Part shown: positions 43,630 through 53,058 of the stretch, one piece after another
Numbering within the stretch: position 1 is the stretch's first letter
Layout of the letters: each line of letters starts with the position of its first letter
DNA from: Myxococcota bacterium
GTDB taxonomy: Bacteria > Myxococcota_A > Polyangia > Polyangiales > Houyiibacteriaceae
Reading direction: 5' to 3'
Assembly (NCBI GenBank): GCA_048623775.1
Contig: JBMCXW010000004.1
Location: 14,406-78,405, forward strand
DNA: 64,000 nucleotides
Notes under the pieces: generated by a model
What the model was told of the DNA's origin: nothing
Databases searched by the model: none
Seen by the model: the letters and a program-made list of their open reading frames with translations, nothing else
Program-made: the position numbers and the translations under genes

Positions 43630-44202
43630 ATGGAGGGAAACACCGTGGCCGAGCCCACGCCTGGATTCTTCACGCGCTTCGCCCTGGCCTTTGCGGCCTT
43701 CTTCCGCATCCTGTTCGATGCGTCCTTCGCGGGACGGGTGCTCGAGGTGCGGCGCGGCGAGCTGCCCCCGCCCCCGGCAGAGGAACTTGCGGAGGCACCC
43801 GCTTCCGCGGACTTCCGCGAAACGTCCGCCGACGCCGCGCTGCAGCTCCTGTCGATCCTGCAACGTGAGGGACGGTTCGTGGACTTTCTCGAAGAGGAGG
43901 TCGCATCCTTTTCGGATGCGGAAGTGGGCGCCGCGGCCCGCGTCGTGCACGAGGGGTGCCGCAAGGCGCTTCAGGAGCATTTCAGGATCGAGCCCGTCCG
44001 AGCCGAGGCGGAAGGGGAGCGGGTCACCGTGGAACCCGGCTTCGACGCGGCCCAGATTCGGCTCACGGGCAACGTGGTGGGCGAGCCTCCCTTCACCGGA
44101 ACGTTGCAGCACCGCGGGTGGCGCGTGACCGACGTGCGGCTTCCGAAGCTCGCCCTCGAGCACGACCCGTCCGTCCTGGCGCCCGCCGAGCTGGAGCTGT
44201 GA
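43630..44202 (+). CDS. DUF2760-like protein
   Basis: N-terminal hydrophobic FFTRFALAFAAFFRILF, then LQLLSILQREGRFVDFLEEEV...AARVVHEGCRKAL, as I remember for DUF2760. ATG 43630 (a GTG at 43612 is also possible). GTGA overlap with the next gene. Confidence 0.7.
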   Translation: MEGNTVAEPTPGFFTRFALAFAAFFRILFDASFAGRVLEVRRGELPPPPAEELAEAPASADFRETSADAALQLLSILQREGRFVDFLEEEVASFSDAEVGAAARVVHEGCRKALQEHFRIEPVRAEAEGERVTVEPGFDAAQIRLTGNVVGEPPFTGTLQHRGWRVTDVRLPKLALEHDPSVLAPAELEL

Positions 44203-46040
44203 GCGGCGCGAGGCACGCGGTCGGCATCGACCTGGGCACCACGCACAGCGCCATGGCGTGGGTGGACCTGGAGGAGGCAGGCCGTGGAGAGGGGGTGGAG
44301 CCGAAGGTCCTTCCCGTGCCCCAGGCCGTGGCGCCCGGCGAGGTGGAAGCCCTTCCCCTTCTGCCGTCGTTTCTGTACCTGCCCCACGAAAGCGAGCTCG
44401 AGCCCGGCGCGCTCGCCCTGCCCTGGAATCCGACGCCCGGCCACGCCGTGGGCGCCTTCGCGCGCCAGCTCGGCGAAGCGACCCCCATCCGGCTGATCTC
44501 GAGCGCCAAGAGCTGGCTGTCGGTGACGGATGTGGACCGCCGCGGCCCCGTCTTGCCGCCCAACGCCCCGGAGGACGTGCCACGCCTCTCCCCGTTCGAG
44601 GTGTCGCTCCGATACCTGGCCCACCTGAGGGAAGCATGGGACCGGACGCACCCGGGTGCGCCCCTGGCGCAGCAACGGGTGGTGGTCACGGTGCCCGCGT
44701 CCTTCGACCCGGCGGCACGGGAGCTCACGGCGGAGGCGGCCCAGGCGGCGGGGCTCGAGGGGCTCACCCTCTTGGAGGAGCCGCAGGCCGCCCTGTACTC
44801 CTGGCTCGCCCGCGCGGGGGATCGGTTCCGCGACGAAATCGAGGTGGGCGACGTCATCCTGGTGATCGACGTCGGCGGCGGCACCACCGATTTCTCCCTG
44901 ATCGCCGTGGCGGAGCACGAGGGCGCCCTCGAGCTGCACCGCGTGGCGGTGGGCGACCACATCCTGCTCGGCGGCGACAACATGGACTTGGCGTTGGCGC
45001 ACGTGCTGCGGACCAAGCTACAGGCGGAGGGGCGCAAGCTCGATGCGTTCCAGATGGTGGCGCTCACCCACGGCTGCCGGCGCGCAAAGGAGCGCCTGCT
45101 GGCCGAGCCCGGCACGACCACCGTGCCCATCGCCGTCCCGAGCCGTGGCAGCAAGCTCGTCGGCGGCTCGGTGCGCACCGACCTCACCCGCGAGGAGGTG
45201 GCGCGGACCCTGATCGACGGCTTCTTCCCGGACGTGGAGGTTTCCGCACGGCCGGTGGCGCGGGCGCGCACCGCCCTGACCCAGCTCGGGCTTCCCTACG
45301 CGCAGGATCCGGCGGTCACCCGCCACCTGGCGGCTTTCCTGGGCCGGCAAGCACGGGCCACCGAGGCCCTGCAGGAGATGGGAAAGGCCCTGCCCGAGGG
45401 AGCGAGCTTCGTGCATCCCACGGCGGTGCTCTTCAACGGAGGCGTCTTCAAGGCGGAGGCCCTGCGCGAGCGCATCGTCGCGCTCCTCGATCGGTGGCTC
45501 GAACGGGAGGGCGCGCCGCCCGTCCGGGTCCTCCAAGGGGCGGACCTGGACCTGGCGTGCGCGCGGGGCGCGGCCTACTACGGCTGGGCCCGCGAGACCG
45601 GAGGCCTGCGGATCCGCGGTGGCACCGCCCGCTCCTACTACGTCGGGGTGGAAACGGCCGCTCCCGCCGTGCCGGGCGTCGAGCCACCGGTGCAGGCCCT
45701 GTGCATCGCACCCTTCGGGCTCGAGGAGGGCCAGGCGCCCGAGCCGCCGCCGCAGGAGCTGGGGCTCGTGGTGGGCGAGCCCGTGCGCTTCCGGTTCTTC
45801 GGCTCACCGGTCCGCCGGGAGGACCAGGTGGGCACCGTGCTCGAGGACTGGGACGAGGAGGAGCTGACCGAGCTGGGAGCCATCGAGGCGAACCTGCCGG
45901 CGGAGGGCCGCAACCCGGGCGACGTGGTCCCCGTGCGCCTGCGGGCCCTGGTGACCGAGGTGGGCACCCTGCGGCTCGAGGCCGTTCCGAGGGAGGGGGA
46001 CACCTCCTGGAAGGTGGAGTTGGAGGTGCGGGAGGATTGA
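44199..46040 (+). CDS. Atypical Hsp70-family ATPase (about 613 aa, no canonical DnaK substrate-binding domain)
   Basis: GTG 44199. GIDLGTTHSAMA, VVVTVPASFD, EEPQAALYSW, IDVGGGTTDFS, LGGDNMDLALA. The C-terminal half is unlike the DnaK SBD. Confidence 0.85.
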   Translation: MSGARHAVGIDLGTTHSAMAWVDLEEAGRGEGVEPKVLPVPQAVAPGEVEALPLLPSFLYLPHESELEPGALALPWNPTPGHAVGAFARQLGEATPIRLISSAKSWLSVTDVDRRGPVLPPNAPEDVPRLSPFEVSLRYLAHLREAWDRTHPGAPLAQQRVVVTVPASFDPAARELTAEAAQAAGLEGLTLLEEPQAALYSWLARAGDRFRDEIEVGDVILVIDVGGGTTDFSLIAVAEHEGALELHRVAVGDHILLGGDNMDLALAHVLRTKLQAEGRKLDAFQMVALTHGCRRAKERLLAEPGTTTVPIAVPSRGSKLVGGSVRTDLTREEVARTLIDGFFPDVEVSARPVARARTALTQLGLPYAQDPAVTRHLAAFLGRQARATEALQEMGKALPEGASFVHPTAVLFNGGVFKAEALRERIVALLDRWLEREGAPPVRVLQGADLDLACARGAAYYGWARETGGLRIRGGTARSYYVGVETAAPAVPGVEPPVQALCIAPFGLEEGQAPEPPPQELGLVVGEPVRFRFFGSPVRREDQVGTVLEDWDEEELTELGAIEANLPAEGRNPGDVVPVRLRALVTEVGTLRLEAVPREGDTSWKVELEVRED

Positions 46041-46116
46041 GCCCCCCGCCAGCCCGCGGAGGGGAAGGCCGAGGATAGGGGTTGAAAAGGTGACCCAGTA
46101 GTCACATCATCCCCCC

Positions 46117-46896
46117 ATGACCAGGTCGGAACGCCGGTATCGCTGGCTCGCCCGGACGTGGGGGCACGTGTTCCTCGGCGCGGGCGCCCTGTTCGCCGTC
46201 GCGCCCGACGCGGTGGCGCGAGGGCTCGCATGGGAGGGTGCGCTGCTCGGGCTGGATGGAAGCATCCGGTTCGGCGGAGGCACCCTCGCGTGGGCCCTTT
46301 CGCTCTCGCTGATGGCAACCCTCGTGCTGCTCGCCTACCGGAGCGCCGCCCGGCCGCGGGACCCGGGCCCCTACCGGGCCCTGATGCTGAGCAAGCTCAC
46401 GAGCACGGCGGTGTTCGTGCTGCTGGCCATCGAGCAGGGGCCGGTGTGGCTGCTCGCCGCCAACGCCGATTTCTTCGTCGCCCTCACCCTCTTCGTCGTT
46501 CGACTGCCGGTGCCCGACGAGGGCCCGGCCACCGGCTTCGCGGCCCGCTACCTCTCGTGGATGGGGGTGGACGCCGACGGCCGCACACACTTCGCCGAGA
46601 TGCTCGCCCGCAACCCGACGTCGGTGCGCCTGGGGGTGAGGGCCGCCAACGGCTTCTTCACCTACGCCGCACCCCTCCTGCTGACCGGCCGCCCGCATAC
46701 GGCGGCCTCCCTCGACGACGCGTCCATGACGGCGCTGGTCGATCGCATCCGGACCTCTCGCCACCCCCTGGTGCGCATGCTCTGGATCCTCATCCACCAG
46801 CCCGCCTGCGGTGCGCTCGCCCGGGCGCGCTGCCACGCCGCGGCGACGACCCGAGCGCCCCGCCCCGCGCCCGGGACGGTGGAGAACGCGGCATGA
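46117..46896 (+). CDS. Hypothetical membrane protein, translationally coupled to the GMC oxidoreductase
   Basis: Four hydrophobic segments in the first ~140 aa. ATGA overlap with the next gene. No RBS before ATG 46117 (CCCCCC). Confidence 0.55.
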   Translation: MTRSERRYRWLARTWGHVFLGAGALFAVAPDAVARGLAWEGALLGLDGSIRFGGGTLAWALSLSLMATLVLLAYRSAARPRDPGPYRALMLSKLTSTAVFVLLAIEQGPVWLLAANADFFVALTLFVVRLPVPDEGPATGFAARYLSWMGVDADGRTHFAEMLARNPTSVRLGVRAANGFFTYAAPLLLTGRPHTAASLDDASMTALVDRIRTSRHPLVRMLWILIHQPACGALARARCHAAATTRAPRPAPGTVENAA

Positions 46897-48335
46897 CGGC
46901 CTCCGCCCGGCACTTCGACGTGATCGTGGTCGGGTCGGGGGCGGGAGGTGCCCCGCTCGCCGCGCTGCTCGCGGAGGCCGGGCGCCACGTGTGCATCCTC
47001 GAGGCGGGCGGGCCGGTGGAGCCCACGGGCGCCGAGGAAGCCCTCGCCCGCTACTACCTCGCGGGCGGCACCACCGTGGCCGTCGGAAACAGCGCCGTGG
47101 CCATTCCGGTGGGAAAGGCCCTCGGTGGCACCACGGCGATCAACTCCGGCACCTGCCTGCGGCCGCCCGATTCCGTGATCGAGGGGTGGGATCGCGCGCT
47201 CGGCTCCCCGCTGTTCGCCGCCGCCCGAGAGCACCTGGCCGCGGTGGAGCGCGACATCGGCGTGACGGTGCCGCCCCTGGAGCTGCTGGGACGGTCGCAT
47301 CACCTCTTCCTGCGCGGCCTGGAAGGGCTGGATCTTCCCGAGCCCTTCATCCTTCCGCGCAACGCCCCCGGCTGCCGTGGATCGGGCATGTGCTGCTTCG
47401 GCTGCCCGACGCGGTCCAAGCAGTCCACGGACCTCTCGTACGTGCCTCGCGCCACCGCGGCGGGCGCCTCGCTGCGGGTGCACACCGAGGCCACGTGCAT
47501 CCGGCCCGAGCGGGGCGGCGTGCGCGTCCGCATCCGGACCCGCGGGCGGGGCCACGAAGAGCTGCTGTGCGACGAGCTCGTGCTCGCCGGTGGCGCCTTC
47601 GGCACGGTGCGCATGATCCGCCAGAACCGCCTCGGCAGCCGCTGGCGACGGGCGGGCGACCACATGACCGTCCATCCGGCCACCAAGGTCACCGCGCTCT
47701 TTCCGGAGCCGGTGCACGGCGAGCGGGGTGTGCCCCAGGGGATGGGCCTCGAGGTGCCGCATCTCCCGGGCCTGACCGTCGAAGGGATCTTCACGCCCGC
47801 CGATGCGCTGATCCCGCTCTTCGTGGCGGCCGGAAACGACCTCGGGTGGTGGCTCGACCGCCACGATCACCTGGCCTGCATGGGCATGATGATCACCGAC
47901 CGCGGTCGCGGGAGCGTGCGCTACCTCGGCTCGCAACCCGTGCTGCGCTACCACCTGCACCGTGACGACGTGCGCACCCTCGTGGAAGGACTGAAGCTGC
48001 TCGCCCGGGTGTACCTGCGGGCCGGCGCCACGCGCGTGCAGCTTCCCATCGCGAGCGAGCACAACGAGGTGTCGAGCGAGCGGGAGGTGGAGCAGATCGA
48101 TGCGGGGGCGGTGAAGCCCAGGCAGATCATGACCGCCGGCTTCCACCCCCTGGGCACGGCCGCCGCGGGGCGCGTGGTCGACCCGGAGCTGCGGTTGGTC
48201 GGGGAGCCACGCATCCGCGTCTGCGACGGCGCCGTTTTGCCGGGCCCCCCCGGAGTGAATCCGCAGCTCACCATCATGGCGACCGCCCACCATCTCGCCC
48301 ATCGAATGACCAGCGGCTCGCGCGCCGCCGCTTGA
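46893..48335 (+). CDS. GMC-family FAD-dependent oxidoreductase
   Basis: FDVIVVGSGAGGAPLAALLAEAGRHVCILEAG (Rossmann). C-terminal GFHPLGTAAAG and NPQLTIMATA, typical of the GMC C-domain. Confidence 0.85.
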   Translation: MTASARHFDVIVVGSGAGGAPLAALLAEAGRHVCILEAGGPVEPTGAEEALARYYLAGGTTVAVGNSAVAIPVGKALGGTTAINSGTCLRPPDSVIEGWDRALGSPLFAAAREHLAAVERDIGVTVPPLELLGRSHHLFLRGLEGLDLPEPFILPRNAPGCRGSGMCCFGCPTRSKQSTDLSYVPRATAAGASLRVHTEATCIRPERGGVRVRIRTRGRGHEELLCDELVLAGGAFGTVRMIRQNRLGSRWRRAGDHMTVHPATKVTALFPEPVHGERGVPQGMGLEVPHLPGLTVEGIFTPADALIPLFVAAGNDLGWWLDRHDHLACMGMMITDRGRGSVRYLGSQPVLRYHLHRDDVRTLVEGLKLLARVYLRAGATRVQLPIASEHNEVSSEREVEQIDAGAVKPRQIMTAGFHPLGTAAAGRVVDPELRLVGEPRIRVCDGAVLPGPPGVNPQLTIMATAHHLAHRMTSGSRAAA

Positions 48336-48394
48336 CACGCGGGGCGGGGAGCCTATTCTCGGCGCTTGCGTTGGGTCGAAGGCGTCCGCGCTGT

Positions 48395-48570
48395 GGGCGC
48401 CCGAGATAGGGCCGGGGAGACATCCAGGGCCCGAAGGGGAAGCCGGTGAGAGGCCGGCGCGGACCCGCCACGGTATGTGATTGAAACGTCCCGCCAGGAG
48501 GCCACTGGGCGAGAGCCCGGGAAGGCGGCGGGGCCTGAGGTCACGAGCCCGGAGACCTACCCAGCGCGCG
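48395..48570 (+). promoter_or_regulatory. Cobalamin (B12) riboswitch
   Basis: Core GGGGAAGCCGGUGAGAGGCCGGCGCGGACCCGCCACGGU (48436-48474). GCCACUGGGCGAGAGCCCGGGAAGGC. B12-box-like AGCCCGGAGACCUACC (48546-48561). Lies in the 265-nt leader of a TonB-dependent receptor gene. Boundaries are approximate. Confidence 0.8.
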
Positions 48571-48600
48571 CGAACCTGATCGCCTCGGGGATGGCGAAGG

Positions 48601-50655
48601 GTGTTCGGCGACGCGGTGTCCCGGCCTCCCGACCCACCCGGGGGGAGCGCCGGCGTGATCCGACCCACCTCCCTCGGCCTGCTGATGCTGCTCGCCGCCC
48701 CCGCGGCGGCACGGGGGCAGTACGGCGCCACGGGGGAGGTCGAGCGACCGATCCCCGCGACCGCGACGGAGGATCCGACGGCATCGGGCACCGAGGTGCC
48801 GGTGGAGCACGGGTCGGGCACCCACGCCTCGGTGCAGGAGCTGACCCAGGAGGTGCCTGGGGCCGTTCCCGTGCAGACGGGCACCTACGCGAGCTACGCC
48901 GGGGTTTCCCTGCGCGGCGCCGAGCTGGACCACACCAGCGTGCGCCTCGGCAGCCTGCCGTTGGGTGGCCCCGACTTCGGCGGTTTCGACCTGAGCCTGG
49001 TGCCGCTCGTGGCCCTCGAGCGGATCGAGGTCTACCGCGGTGGCGCCCCCGTGTGGCTGAGCGAGGGGGCCATCGGCGGAGTGCTCCAGCTCGTGCCGCG
49101 CTCGGAGCCCGAGCCGATGGCGGGCGTGTCGCTGCTCGGCGGATCCTTCGGCACCTACGGCGCCGACCTGTACGCCTCGGCGGGCGACGGCGGCGTCTCG
49201 AGCTTCGCGACCGCCGGGATCCGCGGCACCCGGGGCGACTACCCCTACCGCGCGGACGTGCTTTCCCTCGACACCGGCGACGACGTGGAGCGGCACCGGC
49301 GCAACGCGGACTCGCTCGAGGGGCACGGGCTCGCCCACCTGTCGGCGGACGCCTTCGGCGGCACGGTGGAGGCGGTGGGGCTCGGCGTCGCCCGTCACGA
49401 CGGCGTTCCGGGCCCCGCGGCGGCGCCGGCCTTGCGGGCCCGACGGCACTCGACCCGCTCCCTCGGCATGGTGGGGTGGACCCGTCGCGAGGAGGAGGGG
49501 GCCGTGCCCTACCGGGTCCAGCTCGCCGTGGGCGGGGGCTATCAGCGCAATCAGCTCACCGATCCCGCCAACGAGATCGGTCTGCGCATGGGTGGTGCGG
49601 CGGAGGTGACCGACGACCGGATTGCCCGCGTGCTCGCGCGCGCGGCCACCACCCTGAGCGTGGCGCCGTGGCTCGACCTGAGCGTGGTGGGACACGTCCA
49701 GCGCGATGCGTACCGACCCGAGGACCACGCGGACGCCTCGACCGTCCGCGACTGGGATCGCGTGATGCCCGCGCTGGCGGTCGAAGCACGGCTGCACGGG
49801 CGCGCCGGTCCGGTTCGCCTCGAGCTGCGACCCAGCGCCCGCCTCGCCTATTCCAGAGCACGCGTCGGAGACGGGGCGTTCGCGAACCCCGAGCGGCGTT
49901 CCGAAACGGAGGTGGCGCCCACGGCGCGGGTGGGCGCGGTGATCGCGCCCCTGCCCTGGCTGGCGTTGAGCGGGTCGGTGGCGACCGGCAAGCGGCTGCC
50001 GACGGTGCTCGAGCTCTTCGGCGATCGCAACGCGCTCAAGCCCAACCCCCACCTGCAGCCGGAGTCGTCCCTCGGCTTCGACGCCGGTGCGGTGGCGGAG
50101 GGGGGCGACGGAGCGGTGCGCGGCGCGGCGGAGGTCCGGTACTTCGATCTGCGAATCCGCGACCTGATCGCGTACGAGCGCGACGCGCAGTACACGCTCA
50201 CCCCGCTCAACCTGGACGAGGGCCGGATCCACGGTGTGGAGGCGGGGGCACGCGGATGGGTGGGAGGCGCGCTCGAGGTGGGCGGTGTGCTGACATGGAT
50301 GTCCACCGACGACGGGCACGGTCGGGCGCTCCCGGGGCGTCCCACGCTCCAGGCACAAGCGCGCCCCGCATTGCACGCCGCCCCCTGGTTGGACGGAGTC
50401 CCTTGGCTCTCGGACGTGGTGCTCCAAGTCGGCATCGTTCACCGCAGCGCCTTCTTTCCCAAGCGCTCCAACCTGGAGCAGTACCCATCTCGGACCTGGG
50501 TGTCGCCCGGCCTGCGCGTGGAGCTCCTCGAGGGCGCGGTGTCGGGATCGGTCGTGGTGCACGACGTGCTCGACGAGCGCGGCTTCGATTGGTTCGGCTA
50601 CCCGCTGCCCGGCCGGCGGGTGCTGGCGACGGTGACCTATCAGAAGGAGCTTTGA
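48601..50655 (+). CDS. TonB-dependent outer-membrane receptor (BtuB-like by context)
   Basis: Plug motifs VSLRGAELDHTSVRLGSLPLGG and ALERIEVYRGGAP, then a long beta-barrel region. Signal peptide LGLLMLLAAPAAARG. GTG 48655 is an alternative start. Confidence 0.85.
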   Translation: MFGDAVSRPPDPPGGSAGVIRPTSLGLLMLLAAPAAARGQYGATGEVERPIPATATEDPTASGTEVPVEHGSGTHASVQELTQEVPGAVPVQTGTYASYAGVSLRGAELDHTSVRLGSLPLGGPDFGGFDLSLVPLVALERIEVYRGGAPVWLSEGAIGGVLQLVPRSEPEPMAGVSLLGGSFGTYGADLYASAGDGGVSSFATAGIRGTRGDYPYRADVLSLDTGDDVERHRRNADSLEGHGLAHLSADAFGGTVEAVGLGVARHDGVPGPAAAPALRARRHSTRSLGMVGWTRREEEGAVPYRVQLAVGGGYQRNQLTDPANEIGLRMGGAAEVTDDRIARVLARAATTLSVAPWLDLSVVGHVQRDAYRPEDHADASTVRDWDRVMPALAVEARLHGRAGPVRLELRPSARLAYSRARVGDGAFANPERRSETEVAPTARVGAVIAPLPWLALSGSVATGKRLPTVLELFGDRNALKPNPHLQPESSLGFDAGAVAEGGDGAVRGAAEVRYFDLRIRDLIAYERDAQYTLTPLNLDEGRIHGVEAGARGWVGGALEVGGVLTWMSTDDGHGRALPGRPTLQAQARPALHAAPWLDGVPWLSDVVLQVGIVHRSAFFPKRSNLEQYPSRTWVSPGLRVELLEGAVSGSVVVHDVLDERGFDWFGYPLPGRRVLATVTYQKEL

Positions 50656-50656
50656 C

Positions 50657-51928
50657 GTGCGGTGGACGATTCGGAAGACCATGGCGGCGCTCGGCTCCCT
50701 CCTCACCTTCGGTTGCGGCGATGCGAGCTCGGTGGGAGAGCTCGACCCGCTCACCGAGCCGCCGGCCTTCGCCGTGGTCTCGTCCGACTACTCGAGCTCG
50801 GCCGTGGGCTTCCTCGATGCCGACGGCGAGGTCATCGTGGGGAGCTGGATCCACTCGGGAACCACGGAGCCCGGCATCGTCGCGACTTTGTCGGGAGACG
50901 TGGTGCTGCCGACCGTACAGGCGGAGGGGAGCTTCACGTTGATCGACCGGTTCCGCACGGACGTGGTCACCCGGTTCCGCATGCCGGAGGGGGAGCTGAT
51001 CGGGCAGGTGCGAACGCACGGGGACCCGATGGAGACCGGCTACTCCTCCAACCCTTACGACTACGTGCACGTGGACGACGCCACCGCATGGGTGACCCGG
51101 TTCGGCGTGCAGGTGGACGCGGACGAGCCGGCGGAGAACCAGGGCAACGATCTTCTCCGGATCGACCCCACGGCCATGGAGCGTACGGACGTGCGGGTGC
51201 CGCTCTCCACCTTCGATACCACGGCAACCACCATGACCGACGACGGGCCGGTGGAGGTGACGGCGTACGCGCGCCCATCGGGCGCCGTGCGGGTCGACGA
51301 CGCGATCGTCGTGGCCCTGTCACGGCTGAGCCTCGGCTTCGACGCCTCCGCCCCCGGCGTGGTGGCCCTGGTGTCGACCGAGGGCAACGTCGTGGGGTCG
51401 GCACCGTTGGGCGAGCTGCACAACTGCGGACGCGTGGCACCCGTGCCGGGCTCCGTGGGCCGCGTCCTGGTGGGCTGTTCCGGCTTCGCCTTTCCCTTCG
51501 ACGAAGGGGGAGCCGCGCGCGATTCGGGGGGGCTGGTCCTGCTCGACGTGGACGAAGGCGGTGTCCACGAAGTGGTCCGATGGGAGGCGGCCGATCATCC
51601 GAACGCCGCCCCCGCCGTGCAGAGCTCCACGCCCCTCGACGACGGCACGGTCGTGGCCGTGGCCTTCGGCTCCCGGGACGGCGACGTACCGGATCGGCTC
51701 TACCGCGTGGAGCTCGAAACCGGGGCGCAAGCGCTGCTCCACGAATCGAGCGAGCCGTTCGCCATCGGGTCCCCCGCCTACGATCCGGCAACGGGGCTGC
51801 TGCTCGTGCCCGACGCCACCGACGGTGTGCACCGTTTTCGCATCCGAGGGGACGCGGTCATCGAGGAAGGGGTCGTGGAAGTGGCACCCGAGCTGCTGCT
51901 TCCCGTGCGCCAAGTGCGACGCATGTGA
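50657..51928 (+). CDS. Hypothetical lipoprotein co-transcribed with the riboswitch-controlled receptor
   Basis: GTG start 1 nt after the receptor stop. Lipobox SLLTFGCG. Repetitive beta-strand-like segments (AVVSSDYSSSAVGFLDADGEVIV...). No family recognised. Confidence 0.7.
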   Translation: MRWTIRKTMAALGSLLTFGCGDASSVGELDPLTEPPAFAVVSSDYSSSAVGFLDADGEVIVGSWIHSGTTEPGIVATLSGDVVLPTVQAEGSFTLIDRFRTDVVTRFRMPEGELIGQVRTHGDPMETGYSSNPYDYVHVDDATAWVTRFGVQVDADEPAENQGNDLLRIDPTAMERTDVRVPLSTFDTTATTMTDDGPVEVTAYARPSGAVRVDDAIVVALSRLSLGFDASAPGVVALVSTEGNVVGSAPLGELHNCGRVAPVPGSVGRVLVGCSGFAFPFDEGGAARDSGGLVLLDVDEGGVHEVVRWEAADHPNAAPAVQSSTPLDDGTVVAVAFGSRDGDVPDRLYRVELETGAQALLHESSEPFAIGSPAYDPATGLLLVPDATDGVHRFRIRGDAVIEEGVVEVAPELLLPVRQVRRM

Positions 51929-51946
51929 GAGGCCGGGCGAACACGG

Positions 51947-52981
51947 TCACCCGCCGTCGGCCTCGGCGGCGAGGGCCGCGTCGGGGCCGAGCTTCACGCC
52001 CAGGCCGAGCAAACCCGCCACCAGCAGGGCGAGGACCTTGCGCGCCCGGCGGAGCAGCTCCATCGCCAGGCCGACCGCCGCGGACATGCCGAGGATGGCG
52101 AAGATGATGGCCGATCCGCCTTCCATGGTGCCGATCTGGCCCGGCACGAACAGGGTCACGTACATCACCATCTGCGTCGCCGCCTGTACGAGGAGCGCGA
52201 CCTGCAACAGCCACACGACCTCCTCGTCCGGCAGCAGCCCCACGAGCAGGAGCCACACCTCGGCGACCTGCATCACGCGCGCGACCAGCAGGTAGGCCAA
52301 CATGCGGCCGAACCGCGCACGGTGCCCGCGCCGGAAGACCTGCAACCGCTCGTCCATGGAGCGCACGTGCGCCTGGACGCCGTCGGGGTCGAGCCCCGGG
52401 AAGGGCAGCCGCCGTGCCACGCGCAGCCATCGACCGAGCCGCTCCGCGCGCACCATGCGGCGCAACAGCCACAGGGCCGCGAGCATGATGCTGCCCAACG
52501 AGGCGGTGGCGACGGCGACCAACCAGGATACGTCCAGCAGGAACAGGCTCGCGATGGCAGCCGCCACCACCCACGCGAAGATCACGCCGCCCGAGAGCAG
52601 GTTGTATACCGCGAGCGACTGCGCCAGCTCGCCATGCGAAACGTGCCGTCGCAGGAACACCCCCTTGGCGACCTCCCCAGGCGCACCCGCCGGCAGAAGG
52701 TAATTGATGCTCTCGCCCGCCCAGTACGCCGCCAACACGTACGCGAAGGGAACCCGCTCGCCCCGCTGCTCGAGCAGCTGCCGCCACGCCAATGCGGAGA
52801 AGCCCATGAGGCCCGTGAAGGCGGCGAAGGCCGCGGCGAACCACCAGCCCACCTCCCGCATCCGCTGCCACACCTCCTGGGTGTCGGTGCGGCTCAACAG
52901 CTCCACGAGCAGCGCCACGCCGCCGGCGAACAGCACCAGGCGCACGCCCGTCCAGAGCCGGCGCCGTGTCCGAGAGCTCAT
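51947..52981 (-). CDS. Flippase-like / lysyl-PG-synthase TM-region (UPF0104) family membrane protein
   Basis: ATG 52981. About 8 TM segments. YLLPAGAPGEVAKGVFLRR resembles the conserved loop of this family. Family call is from memory. Confidence 0.6.
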   Translation of the reverse strand: MSSRTRRRLWTGVRLVLFAGGVALLVELLSRTDTQEVWQRMREVGWWFAAAFAAFTGLMGFSALAWRQLLEQRGERVPFAYVLAAYWAGESINYLLPAGAPGEVAKGVFLRRHVSHGELAQSLAVYNLLSGGVIFAWVVAAAIASLFLLDVSWLVAVATASLGSIMLAALWLLRRMVRAERLGRWLRVARRLPFPGLDPDGVQAHVRSMDERLQVFRRGHRARFGRMLAYLLVARVMQVAEVWLLLVGLLPDEEVVWLLQVALLVQAATQMVMYVTLFVPGQIGTMEGGSAIIFAILGMSAAVGLAMELLRRARKVLALLVAGLLGLGVKLGPDAALAAEADGG

Positions 52982-53058
52982 CGGCACGCGGCCAAGATAA
53001 GCATTCCCCCGCGGAGGCACGCCTTGCGCCCCGGGGGGATGCGCTACAACCCACGCCC

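Noticed and set aside
48477-50942. Alternative 821-aa ORF with ATG at 48591 as the gene controlled by the riboswitch.
   Set aside because: The product is Arg/Gly/Pro-rich junk. The overlapping frame starting at 48601/48655 has a signal peptide, plug and barrel motifs of a TonB-dependent receptor.
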